IMG/VR virus record: IMGVR_UViG_2529292751_000001
Location: 61,735 to 125,734 of that record
DNA length: 64,000 nt
Strand: one strand, 5' to 3'
Source: a virus
Taxonomy: Duplodnaviria > Heunggongvirae > Uroviricota > Caudoviricetes
The notes below the pieces were generated by a model. The model had not been told where the DNA came from and did no database searches. It saw only the letters and a program-made list of their open reading frames with translations. Positions 19,158-28,394 of this stretch are shown piece after piece; position 1 is the stretch's first letter; each line of letters starts with the position of its first letter. Made by a program: the position numbers and the translations under genes.

Positions 19158-19361
19158 ATGAATGATATGTGTAAAATTATTATTGAACTGAACAATGGAG
19201 ATTCTTATGAAAATGACTCATCACTAGGTATGAATTTAAGTGATGTAGATGAAATTAAAGATTGTTTAAATGAGTCTGGAAAATATGAATTGATTACAAA
19301 AGAGAAGAAATGGATTACCTTAAGACCAAGAGATATAAAAGATATTAAAATGGTTAAATAA
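19158..19361 (+). CDS. hypothetical small protein (67 aa)
   Basis: ORF track. Confidence 0.4.
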   Translation: MNDMCKIIIELNNGDSYENDSSLGMNLSDVDEIKDCLNESGKYELITKEKKWITLRPRDIKDIKMVK

Positions 19362-19401
19362 AGTCTAATTGTCTTTAAAATATAAAGGAGGGAAGAATAG
19401 C

Positions 19402-19536
19402 ATGGAAGAGCCGAAGCAAGAGAAGTTCTGGTGGGAAGAGCTGTACAATGCGGATGAAAACTGTGAACATGATATACAGCCTGCAAGTGGCGGTGGAGTA
19501 AAGTGTACAAAGTGTAGCGGTTGGTTCTGTTTTTAA
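19402..19536 (+). CDS. small zinc-ribbon protein (44 aa; CEHD...CTKCSGWFC)
   Basis: translated by eye; AAGGAGGGAAGAATAGC-ATG. Confidence 0.35.
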   Translation: MEEPKQEKFWWEELYNADENCEHDIQPASGGGVKCTKCSGWFCF

Positions 19537-19537
19537 T

Positions 19538-19590
19538 GTTTATAAAGAGATGGTTAACGCTGTCTCTCTATAAACTAATTTTTAAATCAC
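19538..19590 (+). terminator. terminator-like hairpin (GTTTATAAAGAGA/TCTCTCTATAAAC) plus AT-rich tail
   Basis: 12-13 bp inverted repeat. Confidence 0.45.
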
Positions 19591-19609
19591 CTTAAGCAAA
19601 ATTATTACT

Positions 19610-19630
19610 TGACGTAAATGAGAACAGGTG
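19610..19630 (+). promoter_or_regulatory. degenerate copy of the conserved element (CTTAAGCAAAATTATTAC) abutting a -35
   Basis: ~14/17 match; same placement as the degenerate copies at 22219 and 27156. Confidence 0.4.
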
Positions 19631-19657
19631 ATAATATTAAGAAGTCGTAAAGATAAA
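19629..19657 (+). promoter_or_regulatory. sigma-A promoter (TTGACG - 17 - TGaTAATAT)
   Basis: hexamers and spacing. Confidence 0.6.
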
Positions 19658-19693
19658 GATTTGCAACACATACACAATGGAGGAATATACATA

Positions 19694-19930
19694 ATGAAAA
19701 CAGTTGAAATAAACAAGGCAGAAGCAATCATGATTACACAATCATTATTAAATACATTGAAACAAGTTGCACCACATAAAATCAAAGATTACATTAATGG
19801 AGAACAATTCCAACAGTTTCAAGATGCGATGATTGAGCAGATTCCACAGCTCGGAAACGAAGAGGAGCAAGACGTAGTGATGAAGCAAATATTTAATAAC
19901 ATGTTTGATGCTATCGGTATTGCCAGATAG
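19694..19930 (+). CDS. hypothetical protein (79 aa)
   Basis: ORF track 19628..19930, but its 5' part overlaps the promoter; ATG at 19694 after GGAGGAATATACATA. Confidence 0.45.
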   Translation: MKTVEINKAEAIMITQSLLNTLKQVAPHKIKDYINGEQFQQFQDAMIEQIPQLGNEEEQDVVMKQIFNNMFDAIGIAR

Positions 19931-19944
19931 TTTTTCAACTACAA

Positions 19945-19964
19945 TTAAACAAAAGTATTGCATA
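19945..19964 (+). promoter_or_regulatory. conserved element, copy 9 (TTAAACAAAAGTATTGCATA)
   Basis: 19/20; followed by GGAGGGAATTT-ATG. Confidence 0.85.
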
Positions 19965-19975
19965 GGAGGGAATTT

Positions 19976-22222
19976 ATGACAACAATTAAAGGTATTGCCA
20001 CATTTAAGAGAGCTATATTCTCAAAAGGCGACTTCGTTATCGGAGCATTTGAGCCAGTGTCAATTGAAGAAGGCAAAGTAGAAGTTAACGAGTCGTTTGG
20101 CACTTTCTCGATGAAAGGTGAGATGCCTGCCATGCAGAAAGAAGCTCAATATCACTTTATAGCCGAAGAAGGTCAGAGACATCCTCAGTATGGGATTTCT
20201 TACGACTGTTGCTTTATTAGACAGGATATTAACCTTGAAAGTGGAGATAGCAAAGATATTAGAAGCTTTCTAGAGGTAATCTTAACGAAGAGACAAGTAG
20301 ATTCGCTGTATGAGGTATTTGAGAATCCGTTAGAGGTAATTAAGGAGAATAATCCAGAGAAGCTCACACAAGCAAGCGGAATAGGTTTAAAGACAGCCAA
20401 TCGCATTCTAAAGCATTACGACTCTCAAAAGGATTATACAGTTGCATATGTGGAACTTGGTAAATTTGGAATCACGCCAAACACTATTCGCAAAATCGTT
20501 GGCTTCTATGGCAGTCCAGAATTAGCAGTTCAGAAGATTAATAACAATCCATATGAGCTTATGAAGATTGATGGCTACGGATTTAAGACATGCGATGAGA
20601 TATTCTTTAAAATGGGCGGAGACCCTAATGATAAGATTCGCATTAAGTCATTCCTACTATTTGCATTACAAGAGGAAGCAGGAAGAGGGCATACATGGTC
20701 AGCTCCTTCAGACCTAATTCATACAGCGTTAGAGTTTATCCCAACTGCAGACCAATCATTAATAGGTCGAATCTTAATTGATAATGAAGATGATGAATTC
20801 TATCTAACACCAGATAAAAAACGTATCTCATTAAAGCCATTCCAAATGTTAGAAGAGCTTGTAGCAGGGCAGTTATATCGCGTTCTTACAGCTAATAACA
20901 CATTCGAATACGATGGATGGGAAGATGAAGTTGCTAAAGCCGAAGAAGAGCAAGGTTGGAGATTCACAGACCAACAGAAGGAAGCGATGCAGATGATGCT
21001 AGAGAATAACGTTTCTATCTTGCAAGGTTATGGTGGTACTGGTAAAACGACAAGCTTAAAAGCTGTTGCAGATATCTTAGAAATGGTTGGTTACATTTAT
21101 GCACAATGCGCTTTAAGTGGTAAGGCATCAAATAACTTGGCTCTGGTAACAGGTCGAGAAAGTAGTACTATTCATAGATTACTAGGCTTTGATGTTGGTA
21201 GCGGTGGATTCCACTACAATCACAAAAATCCGTTACCATATGACATTATTATTGTCGATGAGGTGTCTATGGTGGATGCTCGACTATTTGGTCATTTATT
21301 ACTAGCAATTCGCTCTGGTGCAAAACTAATCATGCTAGGGGATAGCCAACAGTTAGAGTCTATTGGTATTCCAGTTATGATGCCGATGCTAGACAGTCAT
21401 ATGATACCTACAATGACATTGACTCAGATTCATAGACAAGCACAAAAATCTGCTGTCGTAACGGATTCTATTGCGATTCGACAAGGTAAGCAGGTTGTGA
21501 AAGAGTCTATAGGGCGCGTAGTCCATGGAGAACTACAGGATTTAGAATATGAGCTAGTAGAATCAGACGATGATATCTTCCTTAATGTTGTGAGAGAGTT
21601 TCATAAACATATTCAAGTAGAAGATATTAAGGACGTTCAAATCCTTTCTCAGACTCGTAATAAGGGCAAAAACTCATGCCTAGCAATCAATAAAGCATGT
21701 CAAAAGATTTATAATCCAGAGTCGGAAGATAAGGATGAAATTCAAGTTGGTAAGGAAGACACTGGCTACGTATTACGACAGGGCGACAAGGTTATCAATA
21801 TCAGAAATAACTATCAAGCTGTTGACGAGCATGATATGAGTTGTCCTGTATTCAATGGTAATATTGGTATTCTAGAAGGTTTCTATACGGATGACGATGG
21901 AGATAACTATATGCTTATCGACTTTGAGGGTATTGGACGATTAAAGATTTACGAAGACAAGTATAGCACAATCGAATTAGCATATTGTATTACCGTACAT
22001 AAGAGCCAAGGTTCTGCTTCTAAGATTATTATCGTAGCATTTCCATATCATTTCTTATTAAATAGTCGCCAATTAATTTATACAGCAATTACTCGTACAC
22101 GAAAACACTGTGTAGTTATTGCCACTAAAAAGACTCTTGTGAAAGCAATTCAGAAAGATGATGTGTCAAATAAGCGCACATACCTTGCCGAATACCTTCA
22201 TAAGCTTGACAATTCTAATTAA
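19976..22222 (+). CDS. RecD-like ATP-dependent DNA helicase
   Basis: HhH GIGLKTANRILKHY; Walker A GYGGTGKTTS; Walker B IIIVDEVSM; C-terminal SH3-like region; ORF track start 19958 trimmed. Confidence 0.75.
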   Translation: MTTIKGIATFKRAIFSKGDFVIGAFEPVSIEEGKVEVNESFGTFSMKGEMPAMQKEAQYHFIAEEGQRHPQYGISYDCCFIRQDINLESGDSKDIRSFLEVILTKRQVDSLYEVFENPLEVIKENNPEKLTQASGIGLKTANRILKHYDSQKDYTVAYVELGKFGITPNTIRKIVGFYGSPELAVQKINNNPYELMKIDGYGFKTCDEIFFKMGGDPNDKIRIKSFLLFALQEEAGRGHTWSAPSDLIHTALEFIPTADQSLIGRILIDNEDDEFYLTPDKKRISLKPFQMLEELVAGQLYRVLTANNTFEYDGWEDEVAKAEEEQGWRFTDQQKEAMQMMLENNVSILQGYGGTGKTTSLKAVADILEMVGYIYAQCALSGKASNNLALVTGRESSTIHRLLGFDVGSGGFHYNHKNPLPYDIIIVDEVSMVDARLFGHLLLAIRSGAKLIMLGDSQQLESIGIPVMMPMLDSHMIPTMTLTQIHRQAQKSAVVTDSIAIRQGKQVVKESIGRVVHGELQDLEYELVESDDDIFLNVVREFHKHIQVEDIKDVQILSQTRNKGKNSCLAINKACQKIYNPESEDKDEIQVGKEDTGYVLRQGDKVINIRNNYQAVDEHDMSCPVFNGNIGILEGFYTDDDGDNYMLIDFEGIGRLKIYEDKYSTIELAYCITVHKSQGSASKIIIVAFPYHFLLNSRQLIYTAITRTRKHCVVIATKKTLVKAIQKDDVSNKRTYLAEYLHKLDNSN

Positions 22223-22238
22223 ACAAAAATATTGCACA
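22219..22238 (+). promoter_or_regulatory. degenerate copy of the conserved element (TTAAACAAAAATATTGCACA), copy 10, just upstream of a -35
   Basis: 18/20. Confidence 0.7.
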
Positions 22239-22244
22239 AAAATG

Positions 22245-22274
22245 TTTACAAGATGTATGTATGGATGGTATAAT
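22245..22274 (+). promoter_or_regulatory. sigma-A promoter (TTTACA - 18 - TATAAT)
   Basis: hexamers and spacing. Confidence 0.6.
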
Positions 22275-22316
22275 TGATTTTGTAGTGATGCTTAGGCGTC
22301 TATTTCAATTATACCA

Positions 22317-22336
22317 TTAAACAAAAGTATTGCAGA
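22317..22336 (+). promoter_or_regulatory. conserved element, copy 11, in the predicted 5' leader
   Basis: exact consensus; followed by GAGGTGTAAA-ATG. Confidence 0.9.
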
Positions 22337-22344
22337 GGTGTAAA

Positions 22345-22746
22345 ATGATAACAATAGCTTACGCGTCATTAACAAACAACGTAAAGAGTTTCGTAGAAAG
22401 ACTGAAGGAAGAGCTACCAGAAGCAAAGGTAGTTAAGATTGACAAGGAAACAGTTATCAATGAGAAGTTTGTTCTTATTACATATACAACTGGATTTGGT
22501 CAAGTTCCTAAGGAAGTAGTATCTATGCTCAAAAAGAATAGAGAGAACATCGTTGCTGTAGCAGGTAGTGGTAATCGGAACTGGGGTTCAGACAACTTCT
22601 GCAGAGCAACTGATATTATATCACAGCAGTACAACGTTCCATTGCTTCATAAGTTTGAAGTAAGAGGACTTAAGAGCGATGTGGATATTGTAGCAACAAA
22701 GATTAAGAAAGGAATGAAGCAGTATTGGCAAAATATATCGAATTAA
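22345..22746 (+). CDS. nrdI: NrdI flavodoxin-like protein
   Basis: MITIAYASLTNNVKSFVERL N-terminus typical of NrdI; sits upstream of nrdE. Confidence 0.7.
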   Translation: MITIAYASLTNNVKSFVERLKEELPEAKVVKIDKETVINEKFVLITYTTGFGQVPKEVVSMLKKNRENIVAVAGSGNRNWGSDNFCRATDIISQQYNVPLLHKFEVRGLKSDVDIVATKIKKGMKQYWQNISN

Positions 22747-24836
22747 ATAATGAGGTCAAAATTCCAGATGAAAATGGTAGACTTCAGTATCACAAAGACA
22801 AAGAGGCGGTTCACTCATACTTCCTAGACCATGTAAATGAAAAGATGCGTTACTTCCACGACAGAGAAGAACAGCTTGATTACATGTTCAAAAATGACTA
22901 CTATGACAAGGCTATTTTCGACCAGTATTCATCAGCAGAGGTTAATGAAATCTTCAACATGATTTATGGAGAAAAATTCCGATTCCAGTCATTCATGAGT
23001 GCGTATAAATTCTACAACAACTACGCTTTAAAAGATAACAAAGGCATTAAGTATCTAGAACGATATGAAGACCGATTAGCTGTAGTAGCATTATTCTTGG
23101 CTCAAGGTGACTTTGAAAAGGCACAAGAGTTTGCTGAGGTACTTGTCAAACAGGGTTATCAACCTGCTACACCAACATTCTTAAATGCAGGACGCTCAAG
23201 AGCAGGGGAATTAGTATCATGTTTCCTAATCGAAGTTCCAGACAGTACAGAAGGTATTATGTATGCATCTGAAGCATCTGCTCAACTTAGTCGTATGGGT
23301 GGAGGAGTTGCACTTAACTTATCTAAACTGCGCGGTGCAGGAGACGCAATCAAGGACATCGAGGATGTATCAACTTCAATCGTAGGTATTGCTAAGATTC
23401 TAGAAGGTATATTTAACAAGTTTAATCAGCTTGGACAGCGACAAGGTAGCGGTGCTGTATATTTAAATGTATTCCATAGTGATGTCATGGACTTGCTAGA
23501 TACAAAGAAAATCAATGTTGATGACAATATTCGTCTTAAAACATTGTCTGTAGGATTAATCATGCCAGATAAGTTCTATGAGTTAGCAGAGAAGAACGAG
23601 CCATTCTTCACATTTTACCCTTACAGCGTATTTAAGGAGTATGGCGTACACTTAGACGACATGGATATGAGTGTTATGTACGATGAGTTATTAAACAACC
23701 CTAACGTTCGTAAGAAGCAAATGATGAATCCTCGTAAGTTCTTAACAGAGATTGCTAAGACTCAAATTGAAAGTGGATATCCATATCTTATGAACCGAGA
23801 CAACGTTAAGAAAGCTCACTTGCTAAATGATATTGGTGAAGTTAAAATGTCGAATTTGTGCGTGGAAATCCTTCAGCTTCAGCTTCCAAGTGACATTCAG
23901 AGCTATAAAGGTGTAGATACTTTTGGTAGAGATATCTCTTGTAACTTAGGCTCATTAAACATTGTAAGTGTTATGGAATCTGGTATCTTTGCAAAAACTG
24001 TAAGAGCATCAATGGACATGCTTAATGCAGTGGCAGACATGACTTCAATTAGCGAAGTTCCTACGGTTAAATTGGCTAATGACGACTTCCATTCTGTTGG
24101 ATTAGGTGCAATGAATCTGCATGGCTACCTTGCTAAAAACTCTATCTCATATGAATCTGAAGAGGCAAAGGACTTTGCAAATACATTCTTTATGATGGTT
24201 CGATTCTATGCTTTACAGCGCTCTATGGAGATTGCTAGAGAGAAAGGAACTGAAAAGAAGAGTAAGCCATTCAAGGGATTCGAAAAGTCGGATTATGCAA
24301 AAGGTACTGCATTAACAAAGTATATCGAGAATAGTTATGCTCCTAAAACAGCTAAAGTAGCTCAGTTATTCGAAGGAATCTATATTCCAAATCAAACTGA
24401 CTGGAGCAACCTAAATCATGAAATTATGACTCATGGTATTTATAATGCTTATATTATGGCAATCGCTCCAACTGGCTCAATCTCATACGTACATAACGCT
24501 ACTCCATCTGTTATGCCGATTGTAGAGAAGATTGAGACAAGAACATATGGAGATTCAACAACGCATTATCCGATGCCATATCTATCTCCTAAGACATTCT
24601 GGTTCTATAAATCAGCTTATGACATGGACATGTTCAAAGTAATCGACCTTATTGCAACGATTCAAGAACACGTTGACCAAGGTATTTCATTTACATTGTT
24701 CGTAGATGGAGATGAGATTACCACTGGTAAACTCGCTAGAAATTACATTTACGCTCACAAAAAAGGTATTAAAACACTGTACTACACTCGTACTAAGAAG
24801 TCTTCAAATGAAGAATGCTTATCTTGCGTAGTCTGA
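22725..24836 (+). CDS. nrdE: ribonucleotide reductase class Ib alpha subunit
   Basis: long collinear similarity to Bacillus NrdE (LNNE...; SYESEEAKDFANTFFMMV; C-terminal CLSCVV); no intein or intron interruption apparent. Confidence 0.9.
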   Translation: MAKYIELNNEVKIPDENGRLQYHKDKEAVHSYFLDHVNEKMRYFHDREEQLDYMFKNDYYDKAIFDQYSSAEVNEIFNMIYGEKFRFQSFMSAYKFYNNYALKDNKGIKYLERYEDRLAVVALFLAQGDFEKAQEFAEVLVKQGYQPATPTFLNAGRSRAGELVSCFLIEVPDSTEGIMYASEASAQLSRMGGGVALNLSKLRGAGDAIKDIEDVSTSIVGIAKILEGIFNKFNQLGQRQGSGAVYLNVFHSDVMDLLDTKKINVDDNIRLKTLSVGLIMPDKFYELAEKNEPFFTFYPYSVFKEYGVHLDDMDMSVMYDELLNNPNVRKKQMMNPRKFLTEIAKTQIESGYPYLMNRDNVKKAHLLNDIGEVKMSNLCVEILQLQLPSDIQSYKGVDTFGRDISCNLGSLNIVSVMESGIFAKTVRASMDMLNAVADMTSISEVPTVKLANDDFHSVGLGAMNLHGYLAKNSISYESEEAKDFANTFFMMVRFYALQRSMEIAREKGTEKKSKPFKGFEKSDYAKGTALTKYIENSYAPKTAKVAQLFEGIYIPNQTDWSNLNHEIMTHGIYNAYIMAIAPTGSISYVHNATPSVMPIVEKIETRTYGDSTTHYPMPYLSPKTFWFYKSAYDMDMFKVIDLIATIQEHVDQGISFTLFVDGDEITTGKLARNYIYAHKKGIKTLYYTRTKKSSNEECLSCVV

Positions 24837-24839
24837 TAA

Positions 24840-24864
24840 AAGAGGGGTTACTTTTAACCCTCTT
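24840..24864 (+). other. stem-loop (AGAGGGGTTA/TAACCCTCT) abutting motif copy 12
   Basis: inverted repeat; no U-tract. Confidence 0.5.
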
Positions 24865-24882
24865 AAACAAAAGTATTGCAGA
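24863..24882 (+). promoter_or_regulatory. conserved element, copy 12 (between nrdE and nrdF)
   Basis: exact consensus. Confidence 0.9.
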
Positions 24883-24898
24883 GGGGTAATTAATAAAC

Positions 24899-25870
24899 AT
24901 GACAAAACGAATTCATAAGGCAGTAAATTGGAATAAGAAAACAGATGACTTTACATTGATGTTCTGGAAGCAGAATATTGCTCAAATGTGGACGGACGAA
25001 GAGTTCTCTCCTGCAAAGGATGAATCAGATTGGGCGAAGCTGTCTCCACAGCAACAAGATGTTTATAAGAAAGTATTGGCAGGATTGACTCTATTAGATA
25101 CGAAGCAATCTGAAGTTGGTATGCCATGTATTAAGCGACATATTGAAGACTCGCAACGTAAAGGCGTTTTATCATTCATGGAGTTTATGGAAGCAATGCA
25201 TGCAAAATCATATTCTACTATCTTCACAACATTGCTACCAGACCACGAGATTTCTGATATCTTAGAAGAGTTTGTAGAGAGCAATCAATATCTACAATAC
25301 AAAGCAGAGCATATCTCCCATTACTATGAAAATATCACATCTAAAAAGTCTTTATATCTAGCTATGGTGGCATCAGTCTTCCTAGAAAGCTTCTTATTCT
25401 ATAGTGGGTTCTTCTATCCATTGTATCTAGCAGGACAGGGACGTATGGTAGCTTCTGGAGAGATTATCAATCTTATTTTACGTGATGAGTCAATTCATGG
25501 GGTTTATATTTCAATGTTAGCGCAGGAGTTATATCAAGAATTAACTCCGCAAGAGCAAGAGGAAGTAGATTATGAGACTAAAGCATTGCTTGAGGAGTTA
25601 ATGGAGAACGAATTGAAGTATACGGAAGAGATTTATGCTCCAATTAACCTTGACCATGATGTAAAGAACTTCCTTTACTATAATGCAAACAAAGCAATGA
25701 TGAATTTAGGTAAAGAGCCTCATTATGAGGAGAAGAAAATCAATCCAATCGTAATGAATGGCTTAAGCACAGAAGGTAAGAACCACGACTTCTTCTCTGT
25801 GAAAGGTAACAGCTATGTTAAGGCTGTACACGAAGATTTAACAGACGCAGATTTCGTATTCGCTATCTAG
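24899..25870 (+). CDS. nrdF: ribonucleotide reductase class Ib beta subunit
   Basis: di-iron ligand motifs (EAMHAKSY; LRDESIHGV) and C-terminal tail. Confidence 0.9.
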   Translation: MTKRIHKAVNWNKKTDDFTLMFWKQNIAQMWTDEEFSPAKDESDWAKLSPQQQDVYKKVLAGLTLLDTKQSEVGMPCIKRHIEDSQRKGVLSFMEFMEAMHAKSYSTIFTTLLPDHEISDILEEFVESNQYLQYKAEHISHYYENITSKKSLYLAMVASVFLESFLFYSGFFYPLYLAGQGRMVASGEIINLILRDESIHGVYISMLAQELYQELTPQEQEEVDYETKALLEELMENELKYTEEIYAPINLDHDVKNFLYYNANKAMMNLGKEPHYEEKKINPIVMNGLSTEGKNHDFFSVKGNSYVKAVHEDLTDADFVFAI

Positions 25871-25887
25871 AGGCATGGAGGTATGAA

Positions 25888-26103
25888 ATGAATAAACAAT
25901 TATTAATTCAGATAAGAAATGAATTCTTTAAAGAAATGGGAAGTAGTCGTTTGAAGAGGGTGTTATTCTGCACCTTCTTCATCGCTAACATATGGTGCTT
26001 CGCTGATTTATTAAGTGGCAGTTTAAGCATCAATTTATGGCACGATTTAATATGCCTCGTACTTGGAATAGTATCTGAAAGACTGATTCCTTGGGGTAAA
26101 TAA
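25888..26103 (+). CDS. hypothetical small membrane protein (71 aa)
   Basis: ORF track. Confidence 0.35.
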   Translation: MNKQLLIQIRNEFFKEMGSSRLKRVLFCTFFIANIWCFADLLSGSLSINLWHDLICLVLGIVSERLIPWGK

Positions 26104-26176
26104 CACACGCTTTAATATGTAATTTTTACATAACTAGCAAATAAACTAAAACAATCGAAAAGGGGATTATCCAACT

Positions 26177-26449
26177 ATGAAATTAATCAAATTTGAACAA
26201 GACAACTGTACACCATGCAAAATGTTAGCAAAGGCTCTTAAAGAAGATTTTGGCAAAGTAATCGAAGTAGATGAAGTACATAACCTTACTACAGGTAATG
26301 ATGAAACATTTATGTTAGCAGGAGAGTTTGGCATTGAGAAAACACCTGTATTGCTATTACTCGATGATAATGGCAAAGAAATTGACCGTCATAAAGGTGT
26401 AGGCATTACTGGAGTATCACGCGTATTATCTAAGCGAGGATTAATCTAA
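26177..26449 (+). CDS. NrdH/thioredoxin-like redoxin (CTPC active site)
   Basis: N-terminal CxxC, size 90 aa, RNR operon context. Confidence 0.55.
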   Translation: MKLIKFEQDNCTPCKMLAKALKEDFGKVIEVDEVHNLTTGNDETFMLAGEFGIEKTPVLLLLDDNGKEIDRHKGVGITGVSRVLSKRGLI

Positions 26450-26697
26450 TGAGAGAGCATATTAATATCAAATTCCAAACAGGAACAGTCCAAGAGCATG
26501 GAGTAAATGGCGCACAAATTGAAGATGTAATTGATGTATTAGTAGAACGATTAGAAGGATTCCAGAAGGGTGGATATCCTTGCAGAGAGAATGCATTAGC
26601 TATCACTAAGCTAGAAGAGGCTAGAATGTGGCTAAATGAGCGCACACGTAAGCGTCAAGAGCAAGGTGTAGAAGGTAAGTATACTAATCACAAGTAA
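26449..26697 (+). CDS. hypothetical protein (82 aa)
   Basis: ORF track; ATGA overlap. Confidence 0.4.
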   Translation: MREHINIKFQTGTVQEHGVNGAQIEDVIDVLVERLEGFQKGGYPCRENALAITKLEEARMWLNERTRKRQEQGVEGKYTNHK

Positions 26698-26757
26698 ATA
26701 GTAGGGAGATTAATTTCTCCCTATTTTTTATACCCAAAAAGAAGAGGAGAAACCGAC

Positions 26758-27159
26758 ATGAAAAAAGGATTAGAACTATTTGAAGAGGTATTTGGAGAAG
26801 ACGTTACAATCGAAGAGGTTCGAGGCGAAGAGATTGAAGGTGCTGAAATATCATATGAGAATGAAGACCATAATGGATGGTGGATTTATCAAGATGTAAT
26901 CGTAGACTATAAAGGTAAGAAATATTCATTCAGATATAGAGAGCATGCATCAGATAACTGCTGTGACAACGATTGCTATATTGATACATTTGTAGAAGTC
27001 GAGAAATCTTTTAAGCTAGAATTGAGCCAAGATGAATACGATTTAATTCGCGAGATGTGTGAAGGAGCATATTATTCAGCAAAAGACGATGGCAATGCAG
27101 AGAAGATGGGTAAGGTAAATAAGCTAGAGAATAGACTAATTGAGCTATATTTAAATTAA
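26758..27159 (+). CDS. hypothetical acidic protein (133 aa)
   Basis: ORF track. Confidence 0.45.
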   Translation: MKKGLELFEEVFGEDVTIEEVRGEEIEGAEISYENEDHNGWWIYQDVIVDYKGKKYSFRYREHASDNCCDNDCYIDTFVEVEKSFKLELSQDEYDLIREMCEGAYYSAKDDGNAEKMGKVNKLENRLIELYLN

Positions 27160-27175
27160 AACAAAAGATTTGCGA
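27156..27175 (+). promoter_or_regulatory. degenerate copy of the conserved element (TTAAAACAAAAGATTTGCGA), copy 13, just upstream of a -35
   Basis: variant with an extra A and GATTTGCG. Confidence 0.65.
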
Positions 27176-27181
27176 AAAGTG

Positions 27182-27210
27182 TTGACCTATCTCACTAACA
27201 TGTGTATAAT
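27182..27210 (+). promoter_or_regulatory. sigma-A promoter (TTGACC - 17 - TATAAT)
   Basis: hexamers match the consensus at optimal spacing. Confidence 0.7.
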
Positions 27211-27225
27211 CAAGTTATAAGTTAA

Positions 27226-27245
27226 TTAAACAAAAGTATTGCAAA
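27226..27245 (+). promoter_or_regulatory. conserved element, copy 14, ~10 nt downstream of the predicted TSS
   Basis: TTAAACAAAAGTATTGCAAA. Confidence 0.85.
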
Positions 27246-27271
27246 AAGAGGAACTTACAGGAGGAAATATA

Positions 27272-28345
27272 ATGTCTAAAACAGTAGATACATTAAAGGA
27301 TTCGGAATCATTAGAAATGATGATGGCAAAGGAGTTAGCACAAGAGAAGGTCAAAGTGTTCTCTCATAATGATTTAGATGGAGTAGGTTGCGGTATTGTA
27401 GCTTTGATGGCACATCCAACAGCAGATGTTGAATATTGTGCCTACCACGATATTAATGACAAGGTTAAAGCGTTTATTATGACTAAGGGTTATGAGATGT
27501 ATGACCGAATTTATATCACAGATATCTCAGTAAACGAAGAGGTTGCAGAGTTAATTGAAGAGCATTGCCCTACCAAAGTTAGACTTCTAGACCATCATGG
27601 TACTGCTACATGGTTAGATGACAAGTATTTCTGGGCTTTAGTTGAAGAGAAGCGAGAGGATGGCAGTATTAATAGCGGTACAAACTTACTGTTTGAAGAG
27701 CTTCAATTACAAGGATACTTCAAGGGTGAACGATATCAAGATGCATTAACTATCTTCGTAGAAATGGTTAGGCGCTATGATTCATGGGAATGGAAGAACA
27801 TCTATGATGACCAGAACCCAATGCAGTTAAACAATCTATTCTTCTTAGTTGGTATTAATAAGTTTGTAAAACGATACGTTGACCGATTCAATACACTTGA
27901 ATTATTCACTGTTAGAGAAGGTTACTGGATGGAGATGTTTGACGAGACAGATGTTGCTGTATTAACAATCGATAACAAGAAGAAGGAAGCCTACATTAAG
28001 CGCAAAGAGAAGCAAATGATTAAGGCTAATCTGATTGGATACGATGTTGGCGTAGTATTTGCAGAGCAATATATTAGTGAGTTAGGCAACGAATTATCTG
28101 AGAGAAACCAAGACTTAGAGTTTATTGTTATTATAGATATGGGAGCTAAGAAGGTGTCTTATCGCACAATTCATGCTCATATTAATCTAGGTAAAGACGT
28201 AGCAGGATTCTTTGGTGGCGGAGGTCATCCTAAAGCATCTGGTAGCATGTTTAACGAACGAGTATTAACATGGGCATACAAAGTTATATTCGGTTTAGGC
28301 TTTATCGGAAAATTCAAAAATATTGTTGACAGATTTAAAAAGTAG
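27272..28345 (+). CDS. DHH/DHHA1-family phosphoesterase (NrnA-like)
   Basis: motifs HNDLDG, DHHGT, DHHA1 GGGHPKASG; ORF track start 27239 lies inside the motif, so trimmed to the ATG at 27272. Confidence 0.6.
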   Translation: MSKTVDTLKDSESLEMMMAKELAQEKVKVFSHNDLDGVGCGIVALMAHPTADVEYCAYHDINDKVKAFIMTKGYEMYDRIYITDISVNEEVAELIEEHCPTKVRLLDHHGTATWLDDKYFWALVEEKREDGSINSGTNLLFEELQLQGYFKGERYQDALTIFVEMVRRYDSWEWKNIYDDQNPMQLNNLFFLVGINKFVKRYVDRFNTLELFTVREGYWMEMFDETDVAVLTIDNKKKEAYIKRKEKQMIKANLIGYDVGVVFAEQYISELGNELSERNQDLEFIVIIDMGAKKVSYRTIHAHINLGKDVAGFFGGGGHPKASGSMFNERVLTWAYKVIFGLGFIGKFKNIVDRFKK

Positions 28346-28355
28346 TAGTAAAATA

Positions 28356-28394
28356 GAAGGTGAGGTTAATAGGTTAGCCTTTTAGCTTCACCTT
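28356..28394 (+). other. stem-loop abutting motif copy 15
   Basis: GAAGGTGAG...CTCACCTT. Confidence 0.4.

Noticed and set aside
22725-24836. Intein or group I intron in nrdE/nrdF as in SPbeta bnrdE/bnrdF
   Set aside because: Both genes are collinear with Bacillus NrdE/NrdF at normal lengths (703 and 323 aa); no insertion seen.
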